A stretch of DNA of 64,000 nucleotides, taken from positions 15,238 through 79,237 of the forward strand of contig NZ_JBMNPQ010000001.1 in NCBI RefSeq assembly GCF_050943655.1, in the 5' to 3' direction. This DNA is from Peptoniphilus sp. (GTDB taxonomy: Bacteria; Bacillota; Clostridia; Tissierellales; Peptoniphilaceae). Below the pieces are notes generated by a model that saw only the letters and a list, made by a program, of their open reading frames with translations, had not been told where the DNA came from and made no database searches. Below are positions 51,494 through 60,308 of the stretch, in pieces. How positions within the stretch are numbered: the stretch's first letter is position 1; every line of letters starts with the position of its first letter. The translations under genes were made by a program, and so were the position numbers.

Positions 51494-53866
51494 ATGAAAC
51501 ATAAAAGACTCATAAGCTTATTGCTTGCAATGATTATGTTATTGGCAGTGCCAATTGGCGTATTTGCAGAAGACGGAACAGGTTCAGAAGCACCTGCAGC
51601 TGACACTACGTTTAAAGTAACGGTTAATGGTGGAACAACTGAAAATAACCCAGCAGCAGAAAATGATACAGTTACAATAAAAGCTAATGCTGCTGAACCA
51701 GGTAAAAAATTTGACAAATGTACTACTCAGTCTGACGAAGTTGTTTTTGCAAATGAAAATGACGAAGAAACAACGTTTAAAATGCCTGCTCATGAAGTGA
51801 CTGTTACAGCAACTTATAAAGATAAAGATTATTCAATTGGCATGACTAAGGGTACGGCAACACCAACTAAAGCAGATGAAGGAGACCAAGTAACCATAGT
51901 TGCTAATACCCCAGAAGCGGGTGAAGAATTTGTTAAGTGGGAGGCAACAGGTATTACAATTGATAATCTAACTGAATCTACATTAACTTTTATAATGCCT
52001 GCTAACAATGTAACTTTTACAGCTACTTATGAGAAAATAACTTATAATGTAAATGTTGAAGGTGAAACAGCAAATCCAAATAAAGGAAAAATGGGAGAAG
52101 AAATAACATTAAAAGCTACAGTTCCAGAAGATAAAGATTTTGTTAAATGGAATGTAACTAGTGATAATGTGGAATTAAGAGATTCCAACAAAGAAGAAAC
52201 AACATTCACAATGCCAGCTGGTGACGTAAATATTACAGCTGTATTTAAAAATAAATCAGAACCAGCACAAAAATATGATATAACAGTAAATAGTGATGGA
52301 AATGGTACAGCAAAAGCAAATCCTGCAACAGCTGCAAAGGATGAAACTGTTACATTAACAGCTGAACCAAATTCTGGTTATAAATTTAAAGAGTGGAAAG
52401 TTATTACACCTACAAGTTTATCAATTAAGAATGATAAGTTCACAATGCCAGGAGAAGAAGTAGAAGTTAAAGCTATATTTGAAAAGAAATCTACTCCATC
52501 TACAAAAGAACGTTTATATATCAGAGATGAATATGTAAGTGGAAATTATGTATATGGTTATGTTGAAGATGAAGACGACTACAGAGTAAAAAATGCAACT
52601 GTAACTGCATACGACAGATATGACGACAAAGAAATTGACAACGATAAAACTGATTCTAATGGTAAGTTTAAGATTTGGATAGGCGACAGATATTATAGGG
52701 ATTACGACTATTATTATGATGGATATTACTTCGACAGAAGCGATGTAAAATATGATAGCAATGACGATCCATATATCAGCACTTCTAATGGTAGAAAATG
52801 GTTACCATCTGACTGGAGTTCAAAATATTATAGAAGCGGTAGAAGATATTATGATTATGATATTTATCTAATTGCAGAAAAAACTGGATATCATGACTCT
52901 AGTAAATATTATCTAGATGACAAATATTATGACGATTATTGGCACGACGGAAAATATTACAATGGTAAATATTCTCTAACTCCATCAATCGAATCAGCTT
53001 ATGCTGGTGAAAAGAATGTTAAGGGTAGTGCAGGAGACTATGCAGACATTACAGTTTATGACGATGACGGATATAAACTTGGTACTGCAACTGCAGATAG
53101 AGATGGAGACTTCACTGTATATCTAGACAGAGCTTTAAAATATGGTGAAAAGATTAAAGTTGAAGCTAAAGACGGAAGTCGTTATTCTAGCTCTACAACT
53201 TACACTGTAAAATATAAAGACAGTACAGATGTTACAAGCTTTGTAAGACCTGCTTACATCAAGGGTTATCCAGATGGAACATTTAAACCAGGTGCAACTA
53301 TTACAAGAGCAGAAGCTGTTAAGATGTTTGTTGGACTAATCAATAACGGCAAGGACGTTGCTCACAGTTCTAATACAGGATTTAGCGACGCAGATAACAT
53401 GTGGTATTCAAGTGTTATTAAATACGCAGTGGATAAAGGTTATATCAAAGGATATGGCGACGGAACATTTAAACCAAATGAAGAAATTACTAGAGCAGAA
53501 TTTGCTGCAATGATTTCTAAATTTGTTGACAAGGGATATCCAGGAAGCACAAACTTTAAGGACATCAAGGGCCACTGGGCATCTGATGCAATAAGTGCTC
53601 TTTATGGCAACAAGAACATTAAAGGTTATCCAGACGGAACATTTAAACCAAATTCTAAACTAACAAGAGCAGAAGCTGTTACTATTTTAAACTCTGTATT
53701 TGGCAGAGACACTAGAGTAAATTCTCTATACAACATCAACACTTCTGGACTAAAGACATTTAGTGATGTTTCTAGTGGATACTGGGCATATTATGAAATT
53801 CTAGATGCTTCAAACACTCACTCAACTTCTAAAGTTGGCACAGATGGATTTGAAGTTTGGAAATAA
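51494..53866 (+). CDS. SLH-anchored surface protein with four divergent InlB-B-repeat-like domains, a Tyr/Asp-rich segment, an Ig-like domain and 3 SLH
   Basis: Signal peptide, repeated VT(I/L)xA...F..W...TFxMPAxxVTxTA units and GYPDGTFKP...TRAE repeats. Confidence 0.9.
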   Translation: MKHKRLISLLLAMIMLLAVPIGVFAEDGTGSEAPAADTTFKVTVNGGTTENNPAAENDTVTIKANAAEPGKKFDKCTTQSDEVVFANENDEETTFKMPAHEVTVTATYKDKDYSIGMTKGTATPTKADEGDQVTIVANTPEAGEEFVKWEATGITIDNLTESTLTFIMPANNVTFTATYEKITYNVNVEGETANPNKGKMGEEITLKATVPEDKDFVKWNVTSDNVELRDSNKEETTFTMPAGDVNITAVFKNKSEPAQKYDITVNSDGNGTAKANPATAAKDETVTLTAEPNSGYKFKEWKVITPTSLSIKNDKFTMPGEEVEVKAIFEKKSTPSTKERLYIRDEYVSGNYVYGYVEDEDDYRVKNATVTAYDRYDDKEIDNDKTDSNGKFKIWIGDRYYRDYDYYYDGYYFDRSDVKYDSNDDPYISTSNGRKWLPSDWSSKYYRSGRRYYDYDIYLIAEKTGYHDSSKYYLDDKYYDDYWHDGKYYNGKYSLTPSIESAYAGEKNVKGSAGDYADITVYDDDGYKLGTATADRDGDFTVYLDRALKYGEKIKVEAKDGSRYSSSTTYTVKYKDSTDVTSFVRPAYIKGYPDGTFKPGATITRAEAVKMFVGLINNGKDVAHSSNTGFSDADNMWYSSVIKYAVDKGYIKGYGDGTFKPNEEITRAEFAAMISKFVDKGYPGSTNFKDIKGHWASDAISALYGNKNIKGYPDGTFKPNSKLTRAEAVTILNSVFGRDTRVNSLYNINTSGLKTFSDVSSGYWAYYEILDASNTHSTSKVGTDGFEVWK

Positions 53867-53997
53867 TTAAAAAAAATAACAAGGGGTCTTGATGGCCCTT
53901 TGTTTTTTTATTGCAATAAAGGGTATATAAATTAAAAGAAATATTTTAAAATTATTTTAGGATAATTATGGAATATAGAAGGAAAGGAGATTTATTT

Positions 53998-54432
53998 ATG
54001 AAAATATTAGTTCCTATTGATGGCTCTAAGAGTTCAGCTAAATGTATTGAAGTTGCAAGAGGTATGGGAGAAAAGTTAGAGGCAGATTTGATTATACTTA
54101 CTGTCACTCCTGAAACATCAGTCTTTGAACAATATCCTGCAAACTTTGCATACACTTTGGAAGTTGAAAAGGCAAATGTGGAAAGAGCTGAGTCAATTTT
54201 AAAGGATGCTGAAAATGAATTGTCAGATTATCCATATGGAGTGGAGACATATTACACAACAGGAAGTCCAAGTGAACAAATTTGTACTTTCTCTGAAGAC
54301 AAAGACGTAGACCTTATTGTTATGGGTAACCGTGGACTAGGAGCATTTTCTAGAACTCTCCTTGGATCTGTTTCAAACAAGGTATTAAACCACTCAAGAA
54401 AATCTGTATTAGTTGTTAAGGCTGATATTTAA
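53998..54432 (+). CDS. Universal stress protein
   Basis: KILVPIDGS and DLIVMGNRGLG...LLGSVSNKVL motifs. Start at 53998 follows an AGGAGA RBS. Confidence 0.92.
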   Translation: MKILVPIDGSKSSAKCIEVARGMGEKLEADLIILTVTPETSVFEQYPANFAYTLEVEKANVERAESILKDAENELSDYPYGVETYYTTGSPSEQICTFSEDKDVDLIVMGNRGLGAFSRTLLGSVSNKVLNHSRKSVLVVKADI

Positions 54433-54499
54433 AATTATTAAAATTAATAGATTGGGATGAAGAGGCTTCGGCCTCTTTTTTCTTTGCTTTGGGTAGCGT

Positions 54500-55720
54500 A
54501 TACTTCGTTATTCTGAGCGAGAGCTTCGCTCGAGTCGCTGTGTACCCTGAAGGGTGAAAGAGTCTGCACTTTTAGGGGAAACAACATAAGCGTCTTAATG
54601 AAAAAGCCTGCCCCTCATCATCTTGAGCGAAAGAAAATTCACAAGAATTTTCTGAAGCCGAAAGATCTGCAAAGCGGTCTAGCGAGAATTATTTGTCTGA
54701 AAAAAATGACGTATAGGAGAATTACTCCAATGCACAACTTGGTCAAAACGACAACACATCGCTTTCTCTACCCTACAGATCCTTCGACTCACTTCGTTCG
54801 CTCAGGATGACGCCCTCACACTCCGTCATTCTGAGCGAGAGCTTTGCTCGAGTCGAAGAATCTGCACCTTTTAGAAGAGACAGCCTAAGCGTCTTAACAA
54901 GAAAACCTCACTGAGAAAACTCCAAAACTCGTTCGTATTAAGACGACCGCACATCGCCACATCTACTCTACAGATACTTCGACGCGGAAAATAAATTTTC
55001 CTTGCTCAGAATGACGTATGAAGAGGTGTCTTCCATATAACGTGTACAAATCATAGGCACAGTAGTGACCTATTTGAGCCTCGACCTCTACACTCCGTCA
55101 TCTTGAGCGAAAGAAAATTCACAAGAATTTTCTGAAGTCGAAAGATCTGCACCTTTAAGGGAAACAGTCTAAGCGTCTTAATAAAAAAGCGTGAGGGAGG
55201 ATTACTCCAAGACATTTTTGCAATAAGACGAAAACACATCACAAGAATACTCTACAGATCCTTCGACGCGGAAAATAAATTTTCCTTGCTCAGGATGACG
55301 TATGAAGAGGTGTCTTCCATATAACGTGTACAAATCATAGGCACAGTAGCGAACTATTTGAGCCTCAACTTCTACACTCCGTCATCTTGAGCGGAAAAAA
55401 TCCGTAAGGATTTTTGGAGTCGAAAGATCTGCACTTTTAGGGAAAACAACATAAGCGTCTTAATAAAAAAGCGTGAGGGGGGATTACTCTAATACACTTT
55501 TAAAATAAGACGAAAACACATCGCAAGAATACTCTACAGATCCTTTATAGACCTAACAGAAATCTTTGATTTCGTTGTAGGTCTTATGCTGTAAGTGCGA
55601 CTGCGCCTCATGCTTCGCATTCGTCTCCACTCAGGATGACGACCCCACACTCGTCATCTTGATTAGATAACTTTAAGGGGCATTACTCCAAAATTCTTTT
55701 TCAATAAGACAAACACATCA
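54500..55720. repeat. Cluster 4 of CGTC-tagged repeats (four REPIN-like inverted pairs)
   Basis: Forward units at 54506, 54616, 54824, 55096 and 55380, inverted at 54776, 54971, 55255 and 55537, truncated copy at 55652. Confidence 0.9.
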
Positions 55721-55953
55721 CCCCAAAAGTTTTATTTTAATAATAATTTATTTAATTAAATCAAAATTATATTAAATAATTTTTTCGGAATGTTATTAAT
55801 CTATTATTCTTTTTCGGCTGCTTTTGTTATCTTTTTAACTTAAAAGCTTTATTTATTTTAACTTTAAGTAGACGGAGGGCAATTTTTTTTAATTTTTATG
55901 CTTTTATTTTTGTCTTGATAAGGCCCCTGAAAGCGTTAATTTAAAAGTATTTG

Positions 55954-56011
55954 TTGAAAAACACTCAATTAGTGTTATAATATAAACGATGGTATGTTAA
56001 TTAAATAACAT
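55954..56011 (+). promoter_or_regulatory. Sigma-A promoter plus Rex-like operator for acd-etfBA
   Basis: TTGAAA-16-TATAAT at 55954-55981. ATGTTAA-TTAA-ATAACAT at 55994-56011 resembles the clostridial Rex consensus TTGTTAA-N4-TTAACAA. Confidence 0.55.
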
Positions 56012-56042
56012 TCTTTATAAAATTTGTTAGGGGGATATTAGA

Positions 56043-57185
56043 ATGGATTTTAGAATGGATAAGGAACATCTACTTTTAAAACAAATGTATGAGCAATTTG
56101 CTGAAACTGAAGTAGAACCTATTGCTGCAGATGTAGATGCAACAGAAGAAGTTCCTATGGAAAATGTTAAAAAGCTAGCTAGATACGGATTTTTCGGAAT
56201 TCCATTTCCAAAAGAATATGGTGGCCAAGGAGCTGACTATTTAGCATATGCAATGGCAGTAGAAGAACTTTCTAAAAAATGTGCTACTACTGGTGTTATT
56301 GTTTCTGCACATACTTCACTATGCTGTGCACCAATTTACGAAAATGGTACTGAAGAACAAAAACAAAAGTATCTTCCAGATCTTCTTTCAGGAAAGAAAA
56401 TCGGAGCATTCGGACTTACTGAACCAGGTGCAGGTACTGATGCAAGTGGACAAAGAACAACAGCTGTTTTAGATGGCGACGAATATATACTTAATGGTTC
56501 AAAAATATTTATTACAAACGCAGGATTTGCTGATGTATTTATCGTTATTGCAATGACTGACAGATCTAAAGGAAACCACGGAATTTCTGCATTCATCGTT
56601 GAAAGAGGAACTCCAGGATTTACTGTTGGTGAACCTGAAGACAAAATGGGAATTAGAGGTTCTTCAACTTGCGAACTTATTTTTGAAGACTGCAGAATTC
56701 CTAAAGAAAATCTTCTTGGTAAAGAAGGTAAAGGATTCAAGATTGCTATGAAGACTCTTGATGGTGGTAGAATTGGTATCGCTTCTCAAGCTCTTGGAAT
56801 TGCTGAAGGTGCAATTGATGCAACTGTTGAATATACTAAAGAAAGAAAACAATTTGGAAGAAGAATTTCTCAATTCCAAAATACTCAATTTGAACTTGCT
56901 AATATGAAGACTGATGCTGATGCAGCAAAGCTTCTTGTTTACAGAGCAGCAGATGCTAAACAAAATGGCGAAGCATACAGCCACTACGCAGCTATGGCAA
57001 AATTATTTGCAGCTGAAGCAGCAAGTGATATTACTAGAAGATGTCTACAATTATTCGGTGGATACGGCTACACTAGAGACTATCCAATCGAAAGAATGAT
57101 GAGAGATGCTAAGATTACTGAAATCTACGAAGGTACTTCTGAAGTTATGAGAATGGTAATCTCTAGCTGGATGGGCGTTAAATAA
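56043..57185 (+). CDS. bcd: Acyl-CoA dehydrogenase (butyryl-CoA dehydrogenase-like)
   Basis: GAFGLTEPGAGTDA, NGSKIFIT, GGRIGIA and DAKITEIYEGTSEV motifs. The exact substrate is not determinable from sequence. Confidence 0.8.
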   Translation: MDFRMDKEHLLLKQMYEQFAETEVEPIAADVDATEEVPMENVKKLARYGFFGIPFPKEYGGQGADYLAYAMAVEELSKKCATTGVIVSAHTSLCCAPIYENGTEEQKQKYLPDLLSGKKIGAFGLTEPGAGTDASGQRTTAVLDGDEYILNGSKIFITNAGFADVFIVIAMTDRSKGNHGISAFIVERGTPGFTVGEPEDKMGIRGSSTCELIFEDCRIPKENLLGKEGKGFKIAMKTLDGGRIGIASQALGIAEGAIDATVEYTKERKQFGRRISQFQNTQFELANMKTDADAAKLLVYRAADAKQNGEAYSHYAAMAKLFAAEAASDITRRCLQLFGGYGYTRDYPIERMMRDAKITEIYEGTSEVMRMVISSWMGVK

Positions 57186-57203
57186 TTGGAGGGAGTATTA
57201 TAA

Positions 57204-58004
57204 ATGAATATAGTAGTATGTATTAAACAAGTACCCGACACTAATGAAGTTAGACTAGATCCTGTTACTAACACACTTATTAGAGAAGGTGTACCTAGTA
57301 TTATAAACCCTGACGATAAAGCAGGACTTGAAGTTGCTCTTAGACTTAAAGATGAAAATCCAGATGATGTTAAAGTTACAGTTCTTTCAATGGGACCTCC
57401 ACAAGCAGATGCTGCTCTTAGAGAAGCTCTAGCTATGGGAGCTGACGATGCTATTCTTGTAAGTGACAGAGCTTTTGGTGGAGCTGATACTTGGGCTACA
57501 TCATGTACAATCACTGCAGCCCTTGAACACCTTGATTTCGACCTAATCGTATGTGGTAGACAAGCTATCGATGGAGATACTGCACAAGTAGGTCCACAAA
57601 TTGCTGAACACATTGGTGTGCCACAAGTTTCTTATGTTGAAAAACTTGAACTTGATGAAGATAAAAAAGGTGTTACAGTTGAAAGACAATACGAAGACAG
57701 ATATCACACAATCAATGTTAAGTTCCCATGCCTAATCACTGCTATTACTGAACTTGCAGAACCTAGATACATGAGCGTTGGTAAAATCTTTGAAGCTTAC
57801 CAAAAAGAAATTCCTGTTTGGGGTCTTGAAGATATTAAAGACAAACTTGATCTTTCTAATATCGGACTTAAAGGATCTCCTACAAGAGTTAAAAAATCAT
57901 TCCCTAAACAAGGTAAAGGTAAGGGAGTTCTTCTTACAGACTTAACAGCAGACGAAGCAGCACAAGCAATTGTTGCTAAGCTTCAAGAAAAGTATATTAT
58001 CTGA
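57204..58004 (+). CDS. etfB: Electron transfer flavoprotein beta subunit
   Basis: VCIKQVPD, DRAFGGADT and GRQAIDGDTAQVGP motifs. Confidence 0.93.
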   Translation: MNIVVCIKQVPDTNEVRLDPVTNTLIREGVPSIINPDDKAGLEVALRLKDENPDDVKVTVLSMGPPQADAALREALAMGADDAILVSDRAFGGADTWATSCTITAALEHLDFDLIVCGRQAIDGDTAQVGPQIAEHIGVPQVSYVEKLELDEDKKGVTVERQYEDRYHTINVKFPCLITAITELAEPRYMSVGKIFEAYQKEIPVWGLEDIKDKLDLSNIGLKGSPTRVKKSFPKQGKGKGVLLTDLTADEAAQAIVAKLQEKYII

Positions 58005-58018
58005 TGGGGGTTATGAAA

Positions 58019-59026
58019 ATGAGTAAAGATGTATTTGTATTTGTAGAACAAAGAGATAATAAACTTGAAAAAGTAGGTATAGAACTTCTAGGTAAAGCAA
58101 GAGAACTTGCTGACAATCTAGGACAAGATGTAGTTGCAATGCTTATCGGCGAAAATGTAAAAGAACACTCTGATATTCTTATTAAACACGGCGCTGACAA
58201 AGTTATTGTTATTGAAGATGAAATGCTTAAAGAATATGTTACTGAACCATATGCAAAAGCAGTTACTGCTGTAATTGAAAAATATGATCCTGAAATTGTT
58301 CTATTTGGAGCTTCTTCAATTGGACGTGACCTTGCTCCAAGACTAGCAGCAAGAATTCACACAGGACTTACTGCAGACTGTACTAAACTTGATATCGAAG
58401 AAGAATCTAAACTTCTTCTTATGACAAGACCAGCTTTTGGTGGTAACCTAATGGCTACTATCGTTTGTGAAAACTTTAGACCTCAAATGGCTACAGTTAG
58501 ACCAGGCGTTATGCAAGCAATGGATGCTGATGATTCAAGAACTGGAGAAGTTATTGAAGAAAAAGTTGAATTCACTGATGAAGATATGAATGTTAAAATT
58601 GTTAACATTGATAAACACGAATCTAAGAAAAAAGATATCACAGAAGCAGCTATCCTTGTTTCTGGTGGACGTGGAATCGGTGGACCAGAAGGATTTGGAC
58701 CTCTTCAAGAACTTGCTGAAACACTTGAAGCTGAAATTTCTTCTTCAAGAGCAGCAGTTGATGCTGGATGGATCACAAAAGATCACCAAGTTGGACAAAC
58801 TGGTAAAACAGTTAGACCAGAACTTTATTTCGCAATGGGTATTTCAGGAGCAATCCAACACTTAGCTGGTATGGAAGATTCTGATCTAATCATCGCTGTT
58901 AATAAAGACGCTGATGCTCCAATCTTCGAAGCAGCTGACCTTGGAGTTGTTGGAGATATCAACGCAATTGTTCCAAAGCTTACTGAAGCTATTAAAAGAG
59001 AACAACAAATTAAAGCTGAAATTTAA
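58019..59026 (+). CDS. etfA: Electron transfer flavoprotein alpha subunit
   Basis: GLTADC, RPAFGGN, QVGQTGK and GISGAIQH motifs. Start placed at 58019 on RBS spacing. Confidence 0.93.
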   Translation: MSKDVFVFVEQRDNKLEKVGIELLGKARELADNLGQDVVAMLIGENVKEHSDILIKHGADKVIVIEDEMLKEYVTEPYAKAVTAVIEKYDPEIVLFGASSIGRDLAPRLAARIHTGLTADCTKLDIEEESKLLLMTRPAFGGNLMATIVCENFRPQMATVRPGVMQAMDADDSRTGEVIEEKVEFTDEDMNVKIVNIDKHESKKKDITEAAILVSGGRGIGGPEGFGPLQELAETLEAEISSSRAAVDAGWITKDHQVGQTGKTVRPELYFAMGISGAIQHLAGMEDSDLIIAVNKDADAPIFEAADLGVVGDINAIVPKLTEAIKREQQIKAEI

Positions 59027-59102
59027 TTTAATATAAAAAAATGAGAGGCCTCGTGCCTCTCTTTTGTTTATAGAATCTGCTGGGAAACTCTTAGCAGATT
59101 TT

Positions 59103-60125
59103 TTATTGCATAAATTTTTCTATTAATTTTTTTGCGGACTCTTTTGGCGATGAGTTATCTAAAGTAAAATCATATCCTGAATTTTTTAGTTTATAGGAGA
59201 TGTCGTAATAATTTTTGATAAGGTCTTCTATAATCACTTCGTATTCTTCGGTGTCTATTAATTCTTTATACTTTGCCACTCTTTTTTTGCCGATAAACTT
59301 TGAGAGTTCTTCTAAAGATTTTGACAAGCTCTTTTTAAAGTGCTCGTCATAATTTACATACTCATCCTTAATATTTTTAACTCTCTTATCGATTGGAAGT
59401 GTGACGAGAACCTGCGCCCCGTCGTTATAGTAACTGTCGTGAAGCGTCTTGGGAACAAATAACTTGCCGATTTTATAGGACTCACATTCGACGAATACAT
59501 ATTTTCCGCTGAAGCTTTCGAATTTATTTTCGATTAGAGCCTCGAAGTCTTTTTGCGAAGGTTGGATGTTTTCTTCTAGATTTCCCAAAAGGGAGCCTCT
59601 GTGACTTGCGAGTTCTTCTAAATTTAGTACATTTGCGCCTAGCTTCTCAAGCTCTTTTAATATTTTTGTCTTGCCCACGCCTGTGTATCCATTTAAGTTT
59701 ATGAACTTAAAGTTTTTGGAATATTCTTCCAAGTTTTTCATAATATATTTTCGATAAGATTTGTAGCCGCCCTTTAATTTGTATACTCCCATTGATAGCG
59801 AATTTAAAAGATAAAATGGCGCAGTTGAACGGTAGCCTCCCCTTGAACAGTAAAGAACTATATCTTTTTCTTTTGCATTATCTGCTATAAAATTAAAAAA
59901 CTCTGGGAGTCTGTCGCTTGCATACTTTACGGCTTCTTTTTTTGATTCTAAAACCTCTCCGCTGTCGTAGAGGATGCTGACATTTTTGTGTTCTTCTGTG
60001 TTTAGAATTGGAAAGTTCACGCTTCCGATTATTTTTGCTCCTTCGTGCTCTGTTTCAGATCTCATATCTATTAAGAGTGGATTATTTAATTTTTTTATTT
60101 CTTCGTAATTTATTTCTTTATTCAT
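59103..60125 (-). CDS. mnmH: tRNA 2-selenouridine synthase
   Basis: Rhodanese domain (YCSRGGYRS), P-loop GYTGVGKT and LASHRGS motifs. Confidence 0.9.
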   Translation of the reverse strand: MNKEINYEEIKKLNNPLLIDMRSETEHEGAKIIGSVNFPILNTEEHKNVSILYDSGEVLESKKEAVKYASDRLPEFFNFIADNAKEKDIVLYCSRGGYRSTAPFYLLNSLSMGVYKLKGGYKSYRKYIMKNLEEYSKNFKFINLNGYTGVGKTKILKELEKLGANVLNLEELASHRGSLLGNLEENIQPSQKDFEALIENKFESFSGKYVFVECESYKIGKLFVPKTLHDSYYNDGAQVLVTLPIDKRVKNIKDEYVNYDEHFKKSLSKSLEELSKFIGKKRVAKYKELIDTEEYEVIIEDLIKNYYDISYKLKNSGYDFTLDNSSPKESAKKLIEKFMQ

Positions 60126-60308
60126 GTTTTTATTATAGTCACTTTATTTTTAAAGTTCAAATCTTATGTATTATTAAGTTTTTAATATAAAATTAATAGA
60201 TGACAAGTTAAATAAAATTTATGGTAAAATTCTATATAGGGAAAACTCCTATGATTATATTAACTTTATAAAAATTCTAAGGAGTAGTAATATATAAGAG
60301 GTGATGTA

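Noticed and set aside
22790-53866. Recent gene conversion between the two SLH genes' C-termini
   Set aside because: Protein motifs are shared but many synonymous positions differ, consistent with older paralogy.
11321-55720. Calling the repeat clusters CRISPR arrays
   Set aside because: Repeats vary from 28 to about 105 nt and occur in both orientations, linkers are related rather than unique, and there are no cas genes in the window.
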